IMG/VR virus record: IMGVR_UViG_3300020125_000159
Span: 28,696 to 92,695 of that record
Length of the DNA: 64,000 bases
Reading direction: 5' to 3' (one strand)
Source of the DNA: a virus
Numbering within the stretch: position 1 is the stretch's first letter; the number at the start of each line of letters is the position of its first letter. Below the pieces are notes generated by a model that saw nothing but the letters and a program-made list of their open reading frames with translations, ran no database searches and was not told the DNA's origin. Below are positions 29,120-36,655 of this stretch, piece by piece. The position numbers and the translations under genes are program-made.

Positions 29120-29632
29120 TCAGGCAGCTGTGTCTCCATCCGTTTCAAACTTAAAGGTATTCGCATCAACTGGAGTAGCTAATGATGCATTAATCACCCT
29201 TTTGAACCATACTGCTTTTGTTGCGCTTGCTACCATATCACCTATAACTAGACCAGTAGCGTAGGTAGTTGGCGCTGAAAATGCTGACAAGCCTGTCGGT
29301 GCAGTCGTAATGTTTGTTATAGTTTGTTCAGTAGCATTGATTGCTGACGAACCCAAAGCCATAGTAATCTCATCTTCTGTTGACGTAGTTATCTGAGTAA
29401 CATAAATCTGAGCTGAAAAGAATGTTTGTGCTGAAGTATTTTTTACATAGAGACAAAGATAGTCTGTAGAACCTGCCAATGTTTCTGTCCCTGCTGCATT
29501 TGGGAAAAGATTTGCCGCACTGTTATCCACTAACTCTGTTGTGCTAATTGCACCACCTAGAGCTAATGCGGGGTTTGTGTTAGCTGCACCACCACTTAAA
29601 TAATATTTTATATCCGCTGCTAAAACTGCCAT
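29120..29632 (-). CDS. Virion structural protein (LSGG..N....LGGAIS family)
   Basis: Paralogous to the N-domain of 13624..15087 (YxCxYVxNT, WxxR motifs). Confidence 0.6.
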   Translation of the reverse strand: MAVLAADIKYYLSGGAANTNPALALGGAISTTELVDNSAANLFPNAAGTETLAGSTDYLCLYVKNTSAQTFFSAQIYVTQITTSTEDEITMALGSSAINATEQTITNITTAPTGLSAFSAPTTYATGLVIGDMVASATKAVWFKRVINASLATPVDANTFKFETDGDTAA

Positions 29633-29668
29633 TTATTACAGGGAATAAAAAGTCTGAAGAAAAGTAGA

Positions 29669-29675
29669 GAACTAA
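29669..29675 (-). promoter_or_regulatory. Late-gene motif TTAGTTC
   Basis: 37 nt before 29632. Confidence 0.7.
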
Positions 29676-30109
29676 CCTATTACATCTTCATCCGAACCAA
29701 ACGCCGCGTCTCTATTGCTAGAGTCAGCAGCACCAGGTAGACTACGGTATATAGGGGCGTTAGGATTCAACGGATATGTTCTATAAGGTGCTGAAAGAAC
29801 GAATAACGACTCTGGGCTTGATTCGCGTATCGAGAAGCAGATATCCATCGCCTTACTGTAATGAGCATCACCCTTTCCATTCTCATCTTCGAAATGATCC
29901 CTGATCCATGATGAAGCGAAATATTCACTACTCTCTTTGATAAGCGGATAGATAGGATCGGTTATTTGATAGCCTGAATGACCAGTCTCTGATTCTACTC
30001 TAGCATCACCATACTGAACGGCTTGTTGAAAGTCGGCATCACTAATATCTGCGGTATCAATATTTCCAGCTAATTTTCTTGCTACAACATAATCTCCATA
30101 AGGTGGCAT
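29672..30109 (-). CDS. Head-tail adaptor/connector protein
   Basis: N-terminal YGDY..ARKL, four-helix pattern, position downstream of the capsid genes. Confidence 0.7.
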   Translation of the reverse strand: MPPYGDYVVARKLAGNIDTADISDADFQQAVQYGDARVESETGHSGYQITDPIYPLIKESSEYFASSWIRDHFEDENGKGDAHYSKAMDICFSIRESSPESLFVLSAPYRTYPLNPNAPIYRSLPGAADSSNRDAAFGSDEDVIG

Positions 30110-30112
30110 ATT

Positions 30113-30286
30113 TTATATCAGTGTTTCTAATAGTGCGTCGTTATAATATGAATTAAAACCAGTCGGGTATATCTTGGTCGTTATCTCCTTACCACAAACA
30201 ACACAGTAAAAGATGATTTTGGTTTCTGATACCTTGACTGCGTCACAGACTCTGCCACATTTATGAACAAAACTATTTGGTATCAT
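30113..30286 (-). CDS. Zn-ribbon microprotein (57 aa, not in ORF track)
   Basis: MIPNSFVHKCG...YCVVCGK; ATGA overlap with the upstream ORF. Confidence 0.55.
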   Translation of the reverse strand: MIPNSFVHKCGRVCDAVKVSETKIIFYCVVCGKEITTKIYPTGFNSYYNDALLETLI

Positions 30287-30486
30287 ATCATTTTCTTTTT
30301 TTGTTCGGTCGTGAACTTTGCGTTATCGTTCTCAGGAAATATTTTATTGGTAGGAGTATAATCGCATGTACCAGTTACGGTACGACACCATGAACAAAGT
30401 ATCTTGTATTGAGTATTAGACGTGCGCACCCATGTCTTTGTGCTAGATGCGCAGTCGTGAGGAAATTCTACTCGCTTAGATACCAA
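30283..30486 (-). CDS. Zn-ribbon microprotein
   Basis: HDC...CSWC motifs. Confidence 0.55.
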   Translation of the reverse strand: MVSKRVEFPHDCASSTKTWVRTSNTQYKILCSWCRTVTGTCDYTPTNKIFPENDNAKFTTEQKKKMI

Positions 30487-30519
30487 TAAAACATTAAAAA
30501 TGAAAGAAGGGGAAGGGAA

Positions 30520-30888
30520 CTATTTCTTTGATGGTACTCCAACATTTCCTGTTAGAGCGTTAAGTTCATCTAATATCTTTTTCAATGCGGCTTTGTCTGC
30601 TTCTGTATTTGCCACAACGAGGTTGATATCGGTTCCGCTTGCTTCTAGCTTAGCCTTTAGTTCAGGTGATAAGTCAGTTGCTGCTTGTACCAATCCGATA
30701 AACTTGTCATGGTTCGCTACAATAGCGTCATGTGCTTCATTAAGGTATTTTGTAATCGTGTCTATCTTAGCTGTATTCCATCCGTGATTTCGCATCTGTT
30801 TGGCTATTACGCCGATAATCGCGCCTCCGAATGCTGCTATAATTCCAATATTGTCATATAATATCGTAAGTGAGTCTGCTACTACCAT
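30520..30888 (-). CDS. Single-TM protein with helical C-terminus (holin-like candidate)
   Basis: IGIIAAFGGAIIGVIAK TM segment; own late motif. Confidence 0.5.
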   Translation of the reverse strand: MVVADSLTILYDNIGIIAAFGGAIIGVIAKQMRNHGWNTAKIDTITKYLNEAHDAIVANHDKFIGLVQAATDLSPELKAKLEASGTDINLVVANTEADKAALKKILDELNALTGNVGVPSKK

Positions 30889-30920
30889 TATAAAACAAGA
30901 AGATATGAAGAAAGAATTAG

Positions 30921-30927
30921 GAACTAA
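30921..30927 (-). promoter_or_regulatory. Late-gene motif TTAGTTC
   Basis: 33 nt before 30888. Confidence 0.7.
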
Positions 30928-30948
30928 TGTTTGGTAAGGTTGCCCAGA

Positions 30949-31269
30949 TCATTTGGTCTCATGGGTTTCGTTGCCTAGAACCTCTTTCAGTAAGTGTTGG
31001 GTATTTAATTGTACTCCTGGCAAGTCTTGAAGCTCTTTGATTAATGTCTGCCGTTGATTGTTTGATAGATTGCCTTGTGCGTTTAGTTGTTCTTGACTGA
31101 GACTGTGTAGTGAATCTAGTTTATCATTTATCTGTTTGACTACTATCTGTCCTTGTTGTTGAGCTAGTTGTTGTTGTTGAATACTGGTATAAGTCTGATA
31201 CGCGTATATAGTGCCCACCATGACTATAAGAACGGATAATAATGTAATGATAAAATGCGTTGGTTCCAA
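30949..31269 (-). CDS. Single-TM Gln-rich coiled-coil protein
   Basis: N-terminal TM and Q-rich tail. Confidence 0.55.
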   Translation of the reverse strand: MEPTHFIITLLSVLIVMVGTIYAYQTYTSIQQQQLAQQQGQIVVKQINDKLDSLHSLSQEQLNAQGNLSNNQRQTLIKELQDLPGVQLNTQHLLKEVLGNETHETK

Positions 31270-31275
31270 TTTTAA

Positions 31276-31313
31276 TTACTTCTTGTAAACTAAATTAATG
31301 AATAAAGAAGTAA
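31276..31313. promoter_or_regulatory. Face-to-face pair of TTACTTC motifs serving divergent genes
   Basis: Plus copy 31276-82 is 36 nt before 31318; minus copy 31307-13 is 38 nt before 31269. Confidence 0.7.
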
Positions 31314-31317
31314 TATA

Positions 31318-31863
31318 TTGACTGAAGATTTCATTGTAGCCGCTTATCCTGTTATCTCAATTCTAATAGGAGTAGGGACTTTAGGTGGTTTTATTTATAA
31401 AATGGGCGCTTGGATTAATAAGAAGGCTGAAACTAAAGCTGCTATTCTTAAAGAGGTTACTGAGAAGAAAGCAGATGAACTTAGAAAATATGCTGAAGAA
31501 GTGGCTAAAGAAGTCAGAGATATTAATGAAAAACAGATAGCGGATCTTCAGAAAAGATTAGATGGTTTAGAAGACAAGATAGACAAAGTTTTCCAGAGGG
31601 CTGACCTTGTAAATGGTAATGTTTCGAACATCAGAACAGACATAGCAGACCTACAAGAGGATTTGCTTGAACTATATTCTGCGGATGATATAGAGTATGA
31701 ACAGAATGAAGATAGTGGTAGACATATAGAAGTCGACAAAGGCAGAGGACGTGATTCAGTATCTTCAAGAAAGAACAGAAAGCGTGTTGACCTGAATAGA
31801 AGATTAAAAAGGAGAAAGATAGAATCGGATAGAATTGAACAGTCTGAAAGGGAGAAACGATAG
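31318..31863 (+). CDS. Single-TM coiled-coil protein with basic C-terminus
   Basis: TM then heptads; own TTACTTC motif at 31276. Confidence 0.6.
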   Translation: MTEDFIVAAYPVISILIGVGTLGGFIYKMGAWINKKAETKAAILKEVTEKKADELRKYAEEVAKEVRDINEKQIADLQKRLDGLEDKIDKVFQRADLVNGNVSNIRTDIADLQEDLLELYSADDIEYEQNEDSGRHIEVDKGRGRDSVSSRKNRKRVDLNRRLKRRKIESDRIEQSEREKR

Positions 31864-31866
31864 GTT

Positions 31867-32070
31867 TTATCCTACCTCAATATGTAGTTCTACTCGTTGA
31901 TACCCATTAGTCAAAATAATTCTGTCTAGGTCACGCGATCCAGTCCGACCTACTCCCATTCTTTCTTTCAGTCCTTCTCGGAACACATTATTAAGCGAAT
32001 CATATTCTGCTTGTGACATCTTTATGACGTCAATCTGCTCTTTTATCTCCTTTATTTTATACTCGGTCAT
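31867..32070 (-). CDS. Hypothetical protein
   Basis: 67 aa; late motif 36 nt upstream. Confidence 0.5.
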   Translation of the reverse strand: MTEYKIKEIKEQIDVIKMSQAEYDSLNNVFREGLKERMGVGRTGSRDLDRIILTNGYQRVELHIEVG

Positions 32071-32105
32071 GTATAATGATATAGAATAACAAAAAGTGAA
32101 GGTAA

Positions 32106-32112
32106 GAACTAA
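32106..32112 (-). promoter_or_regulatory. Late-gene motif TTAGTTC
   Basis: 36 nt before 32070. Confidence 0.7.
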
Positions 32113-32439
32113 TTACTTGCTCATATGTGTTAGGTTGTTCAGTATGTCTAACTGAATTTGGCGGTTTATGAGTATATCTTTGTAGTTCTGCGCTATCAAT
32201 TTATCAGTGTGATCTGTCTGGTTGTCTATATGCAATGATTGATTTCCTATTATATTCAGTAGGTGGTGATTGTCAAGGGCAACTTCTTGTAGATTTGTTA
32301 CCTGATCTTTAACTTCAGTATCTATTTTTGAGACTGTGTTATTAATACTGAACATAGTGAGAGATAGTAATCCTGCTAGCATACCCAGAATTATGAAATC
32401 AAGTATGTATAATCTCCACATATCATTCAGTCCTCGCAT
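32113..32439 (-). CDS. Single-TM coiled-coil protein
   Basis: N-terminal TM helix. Confidence 0.55.
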   Translation of the reverse strand: MRGLNDMWRLYILDFIILGMLAGLLSLTMFSINNTVSKIDTEVKDQVTNLQEVALDNHHLLNIIGNQSLHIDNQTDHTDKLIAQNYKDILINRQIQLDILNNLTHMSK

Positions 32440-32707
32440 ATCTATGGTCTAACTCTACATTTTTTAGTCTTAAGTCAAGTATGTCGCATAGTCTTAATGC
32501 ATCATTTGATTTTTGATACAAATCCTTAACATCAGCTCTAATCTCCTTTATATCTTCTTTTACCTCCTTAACCTCATATCCAGTGAGTCCTTGCTTAGCA
32601 TCATTCCTTCCTTCCTTCTTTAGAAAGAATACTAATGCAGTGAGGGCAGGAACTATAAACGTCAATAAATAAGGCCAATATTCAATCTGCATGATAAAAT
32701 CAAACAA
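32423..32707 (-). CDS. Single-TM coiled-coil protein
   Basis: TM plus VKEVKEDIKEIRADVKDL heptads. Confidence 0.55.
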   Translation of the reverse strand: MFDFIMQIEYWPYLLTFIVPALTALVFFLKKEGRNDAKQGLTGYEVKEVKEDIKEIRADVKDLYQKSNDALRLCDILDLRLKNVELDHRYARTE

Positions 32708-32743
32708 CTCACTAGAGATATAGTGGAAAAAAAGTTAGGATAA

Positions 32744-32750
32744 GAACTAA
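32744..32750 (-). promoter_or_regulatory. Late-gene motif TTAGTTC
   Basis: 37 nt before 32707. Confidence 0.7.
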
Positions 32751-32844
32751 TTATTTTGTCCTTCTAAGGTAACGAATCTCCTGTAAGATTATCGAGCCTG
32801 TAATTATGGACATCCACACAACCCACGCCCAGTCTGGCAGCAAT

Positions 32845-33027
32845 TTATTTTATATTTAGTTTTTCTTTAAGTATTTTCTCTATGACTCTTGAACGTGCAC
32901 CAGTAGTTAGTCCGAATTCCTTGAATGCACGTTCGTCTACTGCGTCTAAAAGTCTTAGAGACATTGACACATTGACAGGAGTCTTCCGATCGCTAGGGTT
33001 CACTAGTTCCTTCTGTTTGCTAACCAT
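32845..33027 (-). CDS. Ribbon-helix-helix (CopG-like) DNA-binding protein
   Basis: VNVSMSLRLLDAVDERA...RSRVIEKIL. Confidence 0.75.
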   Translation of the reverse strand: MVSKQKELVNPSDRKTPVNVSMSLRLLDAVDERAFKEFGLTTGARSRVIEKILKEKLNIK

Positions 33028-33164
33028 CTAGTAATTTCACCTCTGTAATCTTATCTATCATTGACCTCAATCTCACCATCTCTTCAGTTGCAATGTCTAA
33101 CTTAATTTTGGAAATTATAGACTGCACCACTATCTGGGATTTAGGGTCAAGGCCAATTAGGTCG

Positions 33165-33389
33165 TCAGCCAATTCCATTATTTCCCTTTTTCTCTGGTTC
33201 TTTTGATTCTATTGGTGTCTGTGATGATTCGGGGTAAGGTGGTATAAGTCCACGAATTATTTTTGTAGCGTCTTCTGGATCTCGGAATTCTATCATATGA
33301 CTGCCCTTTTCATAATAAACGGTTCCGATTGCAAAAGGTTTCTTGGTCCTTTCTAGCTTAATTGTGAATCCTAAATGATATTCAGTCAT
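33165..33389 (-). CDS. Hypothetical protein
   Basis: 74-aa ORF in a packed run of small genes. Confidence 0.45.
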   Translation of the reverse strand: MTEYHLGFTIKLERTKKPFAIGTVYYEKGSHMIEFRDPEDATKIIRGLIPPYPESSQTPIESKEPEKKGNNGIG

Positions 33390-33532
33390 ACTTATTCCTC
33401 TTTTATTGCGTCACGCCCACTTCCGCAGTCACAGCCTGCGTTACCCCACATTATACCGCCAGAGCCGTCATGATACGCGACCTTAGGGAGTTCTTTGTAT
33501 TTTTGGCCGCAGTTACTACAAACTAATCCCAA

Positions 33533-34144
33533 TTATTCTTTCACTGGTCGTTTGCCTTTAACTTCAATCTCTGGGTTGGGAGCACCAGGTTTTACACCAG
33601 TCTTACCTAATGTAACTAGTTCGTCGAATGATAGGTTACGAAAGTCTTCATACTCAAAACCAGCATACATTCTCCCACCTGGAGTTTCCACGTAGAAAGT
33701 AGTTGCTGCGTCAATCTTGCCCTCTTCAACTAATTTGTCTAGAAGCTTTGGGTCATATTCTATAGGGTAAATTGTCTCATGTCTTGCTATACCTACACAT
33801 ACAGTCTGACCTGTCAATTCGTCGAACTGGTATTGTCCTATTGGTATGTTATACTTGCCATTCACTACGAACTTTTCTATTTCGTTGTCTCTGTGGTCGT
33901 GGCCGTGATATTCTTCATAGAAGTATACTGCCTCATTTGTATTTCTGAAACTACCTTTTCGTACTCTGTGTATTTGTTGAATGTGGACTTTTGTATTTTC
34001 TCCGTCTACATTCTTCTGGTCAAATATTGCATGGACTTGGTGTTCTGATGGGGGGATATAGTCTAGATTAGGATTGTTGTTATAAAATTGCTGTACTTTT
34101 TCATGTGCCTGCTTAAAGAAAGCAGCGTGTTCTGGTCTTACCAT
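33533..34144 (-). CDS. Hypothetical late protein
   Basis: 203 aa; late motif 35 nt upstream. Confidence 0.55.
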   Translation of the reverse strand: MVRPEHAAFFKQAHEKVQQFYNNNPNLDYIPPSEHQVHAIFDQKNVDGENTKVHIQQIHRVRKGSFRNTNEAVYFYEEYHGHDHRDNEIEKFVVNGKYNIPIGQYQFDELTGQTVCVGIARHETIYPIEYDPKLLDKLVEEGKIDAATTFYVETPGGRMYAGFEYEDFRNLSFDELVTLGKTGVKPGAPNPEIEVKGKRPVKE

Positions 34145-34178
34145 TTATATAACATGTTTGGCAAATAGTACTCATAGA

Positions 34179-34185
34179 GAACTAA
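34179..34185 (-). promoter_or_regulatory. Late-gene motif TTAGTTC
   Basis: 35 nt before 34144. Confidence 0.7.
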
Positions 34186-34340
34186 ATTGGAACACTATAT
34201 GTTAAGATGGCGATGCGACGACTGTGGGAAGGTATACAGATTATATCCTCATACTATAATACATGATAAAATTTATTGTGTTGATTGCTTAGAAAAAGAG
34301 AAAGTTATAGGCTAAAAATTGCCTTAGTGTGGTTTGTATT

Positions 34341-35573
34341 CTATGCTGCGCCTGTTAGTTGTCTGATCCGACCTGGTACCAGAATCACGGGTAGAGACCA
34401 GTCACGATAAAGATATCCGTCTACGCCTTCTAGCTCCAAACGATATTGAGCAGTCCTAACGGGGCCCTGTAGCATAGCTACAGCTTTCCTATCGAAGACC
34501 GCCATTATCGTACTTGTCATCTCGTTATCAACATACCAGGTATAACCAGGAAGTCCTGGAACTTGGTTGATGATCTTCGCCATGGACATATCGGGCATTG
34601 GGATGGCCTGGAGCACTCCTTTTATAAATGTGGAACTTGCGTACGACCGCCAAATCTGGTCATGAGATGCAATTACGTTAGGTGCACCATTATTCGCAAA
34701 TATCGTGTCGCTGACTGTGCCTATGTAGACTCTTGGGTCGAATGTGTTGTGATCTGTGGTGAAACCTGTCCATGCTCCGCCTGCTGAAACACCTGTAGCA
34801 GTAGCTAATTTTGTAGCTATCTTATTGCTTTTCAGACGTTTGAAGTCAGTTACAGCCGTGTCAACTTGTTGTTTATACAGATCATGTACCGTTCTCAGCT
34901 GTGCCTCATCAGTGATTTGGATAGTAGCTACATCTTTTGTCAAGTCATAGCTAGTTCTTGACACTGCTGCTCTCGCTGGGATTGGTGCTACACCTTCGGG
35001 AACTCCCTGCTGGGCCGTGAATCTCGTGTATGTGTCTACCTTCAAGTCAAGTTGTGGTGTTCCTATTGTCGTCAACGCTTGCTCTAACACGAAAGTTCTG
35101 AGCTCGGTTCCGACCATTTCCGCCATCACGTTTACGACGTCGATAGCTGAAAAGTCTGCTTCAGTTCCTACACTTGCCTGTCTGGTATGACCATTCTTAC
35201 GAGTCTTAATGTCTGCGTATTCACGAGCGATATTCTGCCATTCACCTTCGTATGGATCTTCTATTGCTTTGAAAACGTCGTTTGTCTTTCCACTCTTTAA
35301 TTGTTCTTTGGCATGAAATAGCTTGCCCATGTCGAGAACTTTCTCGTTCCATGTTGGAGCCATGTTGCCGCCTAGATATACTGAATTTGGATCTACAGAT
35401 ACTCCGTTCGCTGCCTTCTCATATGGGAAGTCTGGATTTTCTGGTGGCGAATACCACAAAACTGTGGCTTTGCCTTTGTTATATGCTCTCAGCTCATCTT
35501 TATAGGACAGCTGGTCTGTTGTTGTTCTATTATTATTTCCTTCTTCGTTAATTTGATTACTCATTTCTATCAT
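34341..35573 (-). CDS. Major capsid protein (HK97 fold)
   Basis: E-loop-like 'VPEG..PIP....SRTSYDLTKDVATIQITDE'; order protease-scaffold-decoration-MCP. Confidence 0.85.
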   Translation of the reverse strand: MIEMSNQINEEGNNNRTTTDQLSYKDELRAYNKGKATVLWYSPPENPDFPYEKAANGVSVDPNSVYLGGNMAPTWNEKVLDMGKLFHAKEQLKSGKTNDVFKAIEDPYEGEWQNIAREYADIKTRKNGHTRQASVGTEADFSAIDVVNVMAEMVGTELRTFVLEQALTTIGTPQLDLKVDTYTRFTAQQGVPEGVAPIPARAAVSRTSYDLTKDVATIQITDEAQLRTVHDLYKQQVDTAVTDFKRLKSNKIATKLATATGVSAGGAWTGFTTDHNTFDPRVYIGTVSDTIFANNGAPNVIASHDQIWRSYASSTFIKGVLQAIPMPDMSMAKIINQVPGLPGYTWYVDNEMTSTIMAVFDRKAVAMLQGPVRTAQYRLELEGVDGYLYRDWSLPVILVPGRIRQLTGAA

Positions 35574-35582
35574 TCTCCTCTA

Positions 35583-36095
35583 TTAAATTTGTCCTCGGAA
35601 TCGTATCCTGATAATGTCCGCGTCTGCGCTTGCTGTTGCTGGTGCTGCTACACTGCCCTCATTCGCATGTCCTTCATAAACTCCACAGACTAGTTTGAAT
35701 TCGTCTCTAGCTGCTTGGACATCTGCCTGTAAGGGTGTGGTAGCTATTACCGTACTTGTATAAGCCTGAACATGGCCTGCGTTACTTGCAGACGGCATTA
35801 CCAAAGCACCTGGCTGAATTACACCGTCACCAATAACATATACGAAACCATCGACTAGTGCACTAAAGCTAGTATCGGTTGTTTGGATTGTACTTGCACC
35901 TGCTGTCGTGTATCCAGAACCTGAAACTGCGACTCTAAAAGGACCTTTGTTATTTGTACTAGTTCCAGCTGTCTTCCAAACATTGCTCTGGACTGTGCAG
36001 ACATCTCCGATCTTTGTAGTCGAATCGTTATTTGCTTTTGGTTCGGTTGTCAGTTGTGCGCCTGCTAAATAATCGCCTGCTGAAATGTTAACCAT
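35583..36095 (-). CDS. Capsid decoration/cement protein
   Basis: IGDVC...GFVYVIGDGVIQPGALV...ADADIIRI; lies directly upstream of the MCP gene. Confidence 0.7.
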   Translation of the reverse strand: MVNISAGDYLAGAQLTTEPKANNDSTTKIGDVCTVQSNVWKTAGTSTNNKGPFRVAVSGSGYTTAGASTIQTTDTSFSALVDGFVYVIGDGVIQPGALVMPSASNAGHVQAYTSTVIATTPLQADVQAARDEFKLVCGVYEGHANEGSVAAPATASADADIIRIRFRGQI

Positions 36096-36611
36096 TTAGC
36101 GAACCCCCGCATGAAGTATAGCCCATGGCGGAATTTCGGTAGTCTTCTCTTCCTCTGGAGCTGCTGCATTTTTAATTGCGACCTTTGAAACTGTTGATTT
36201 TAATGACGCATTCTTTGTCTTGGCTATCTCTTCTGCTTTTGTGTTGATCTCTGTTTCTTTTGCTATATTTGCGGCTGCCTTTCTCATTTCGGCTAGTGGG
36301 CCTACTATGCTTTGAATCTCTTCAAATGGCAACGCACTCTTTGCGAAAGTGTCAACTCTTGCATCGAATTCTTCTGGTGTGTATGCGCCTTGTAGAATGT
36401 TAGCGATCTTATCTTTACGCCTTTCCATCTCAATACTTGCAACTCTTTGTCCAAGTTTTTCATTCAGTGATTTTTGTTCACTGCCTGCTTTCTTGTACTC
36501 TTCAATCGCCTTCTTTGCGATCATGAGTTGTTGTTTGAGCTTTTGGTTGTCGGCTAAAACCTGATTTACGTTTGTATCAGATTTAGTATTATTTTGTGTA
36601 TTTTCTGTCAA
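36096..36611 (-). CDS. Capsid scaffolding protein
   Basis: Coiled coil, K/E/A-rich, between protease and capsid genes. Confidence 0.7.
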   Translation of the reverse strand: MTENTQNNTKSDTNVNQVLADNQKLKQQLMIAKKAIEEYKKAGSEQKSLNEKLGQRVASIEMERRKDKIANILQGAYTPEEFDARVDTFAKSALPFEEIQSIVGPLAEMRKAAANIAKETEINTKAEEIAKTKNASLKSTVSKVAIKNAAAPEEEKTTEIPPWAILHAGVR

Positions 36612-36647
36612 ACTATGACAGAGACATTTACGAGTAAAGGAAATAGA

Positions 36648-36654
36648 GAACTAA
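36648..36654 (-). promoter_or_regulatory. Late-gene motif TTAGTTC
   Basis: 37 nt before the scaffold-decoration-MCP operon. Confidence 0.7.
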
Positions 36655-36655
36655 T

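Noticed and set aside
24561-29632. Contractile tail sheath gene
   Set aside because: No sheath-like ORF is present next to the tube gene; the tail module looks non-contractile.
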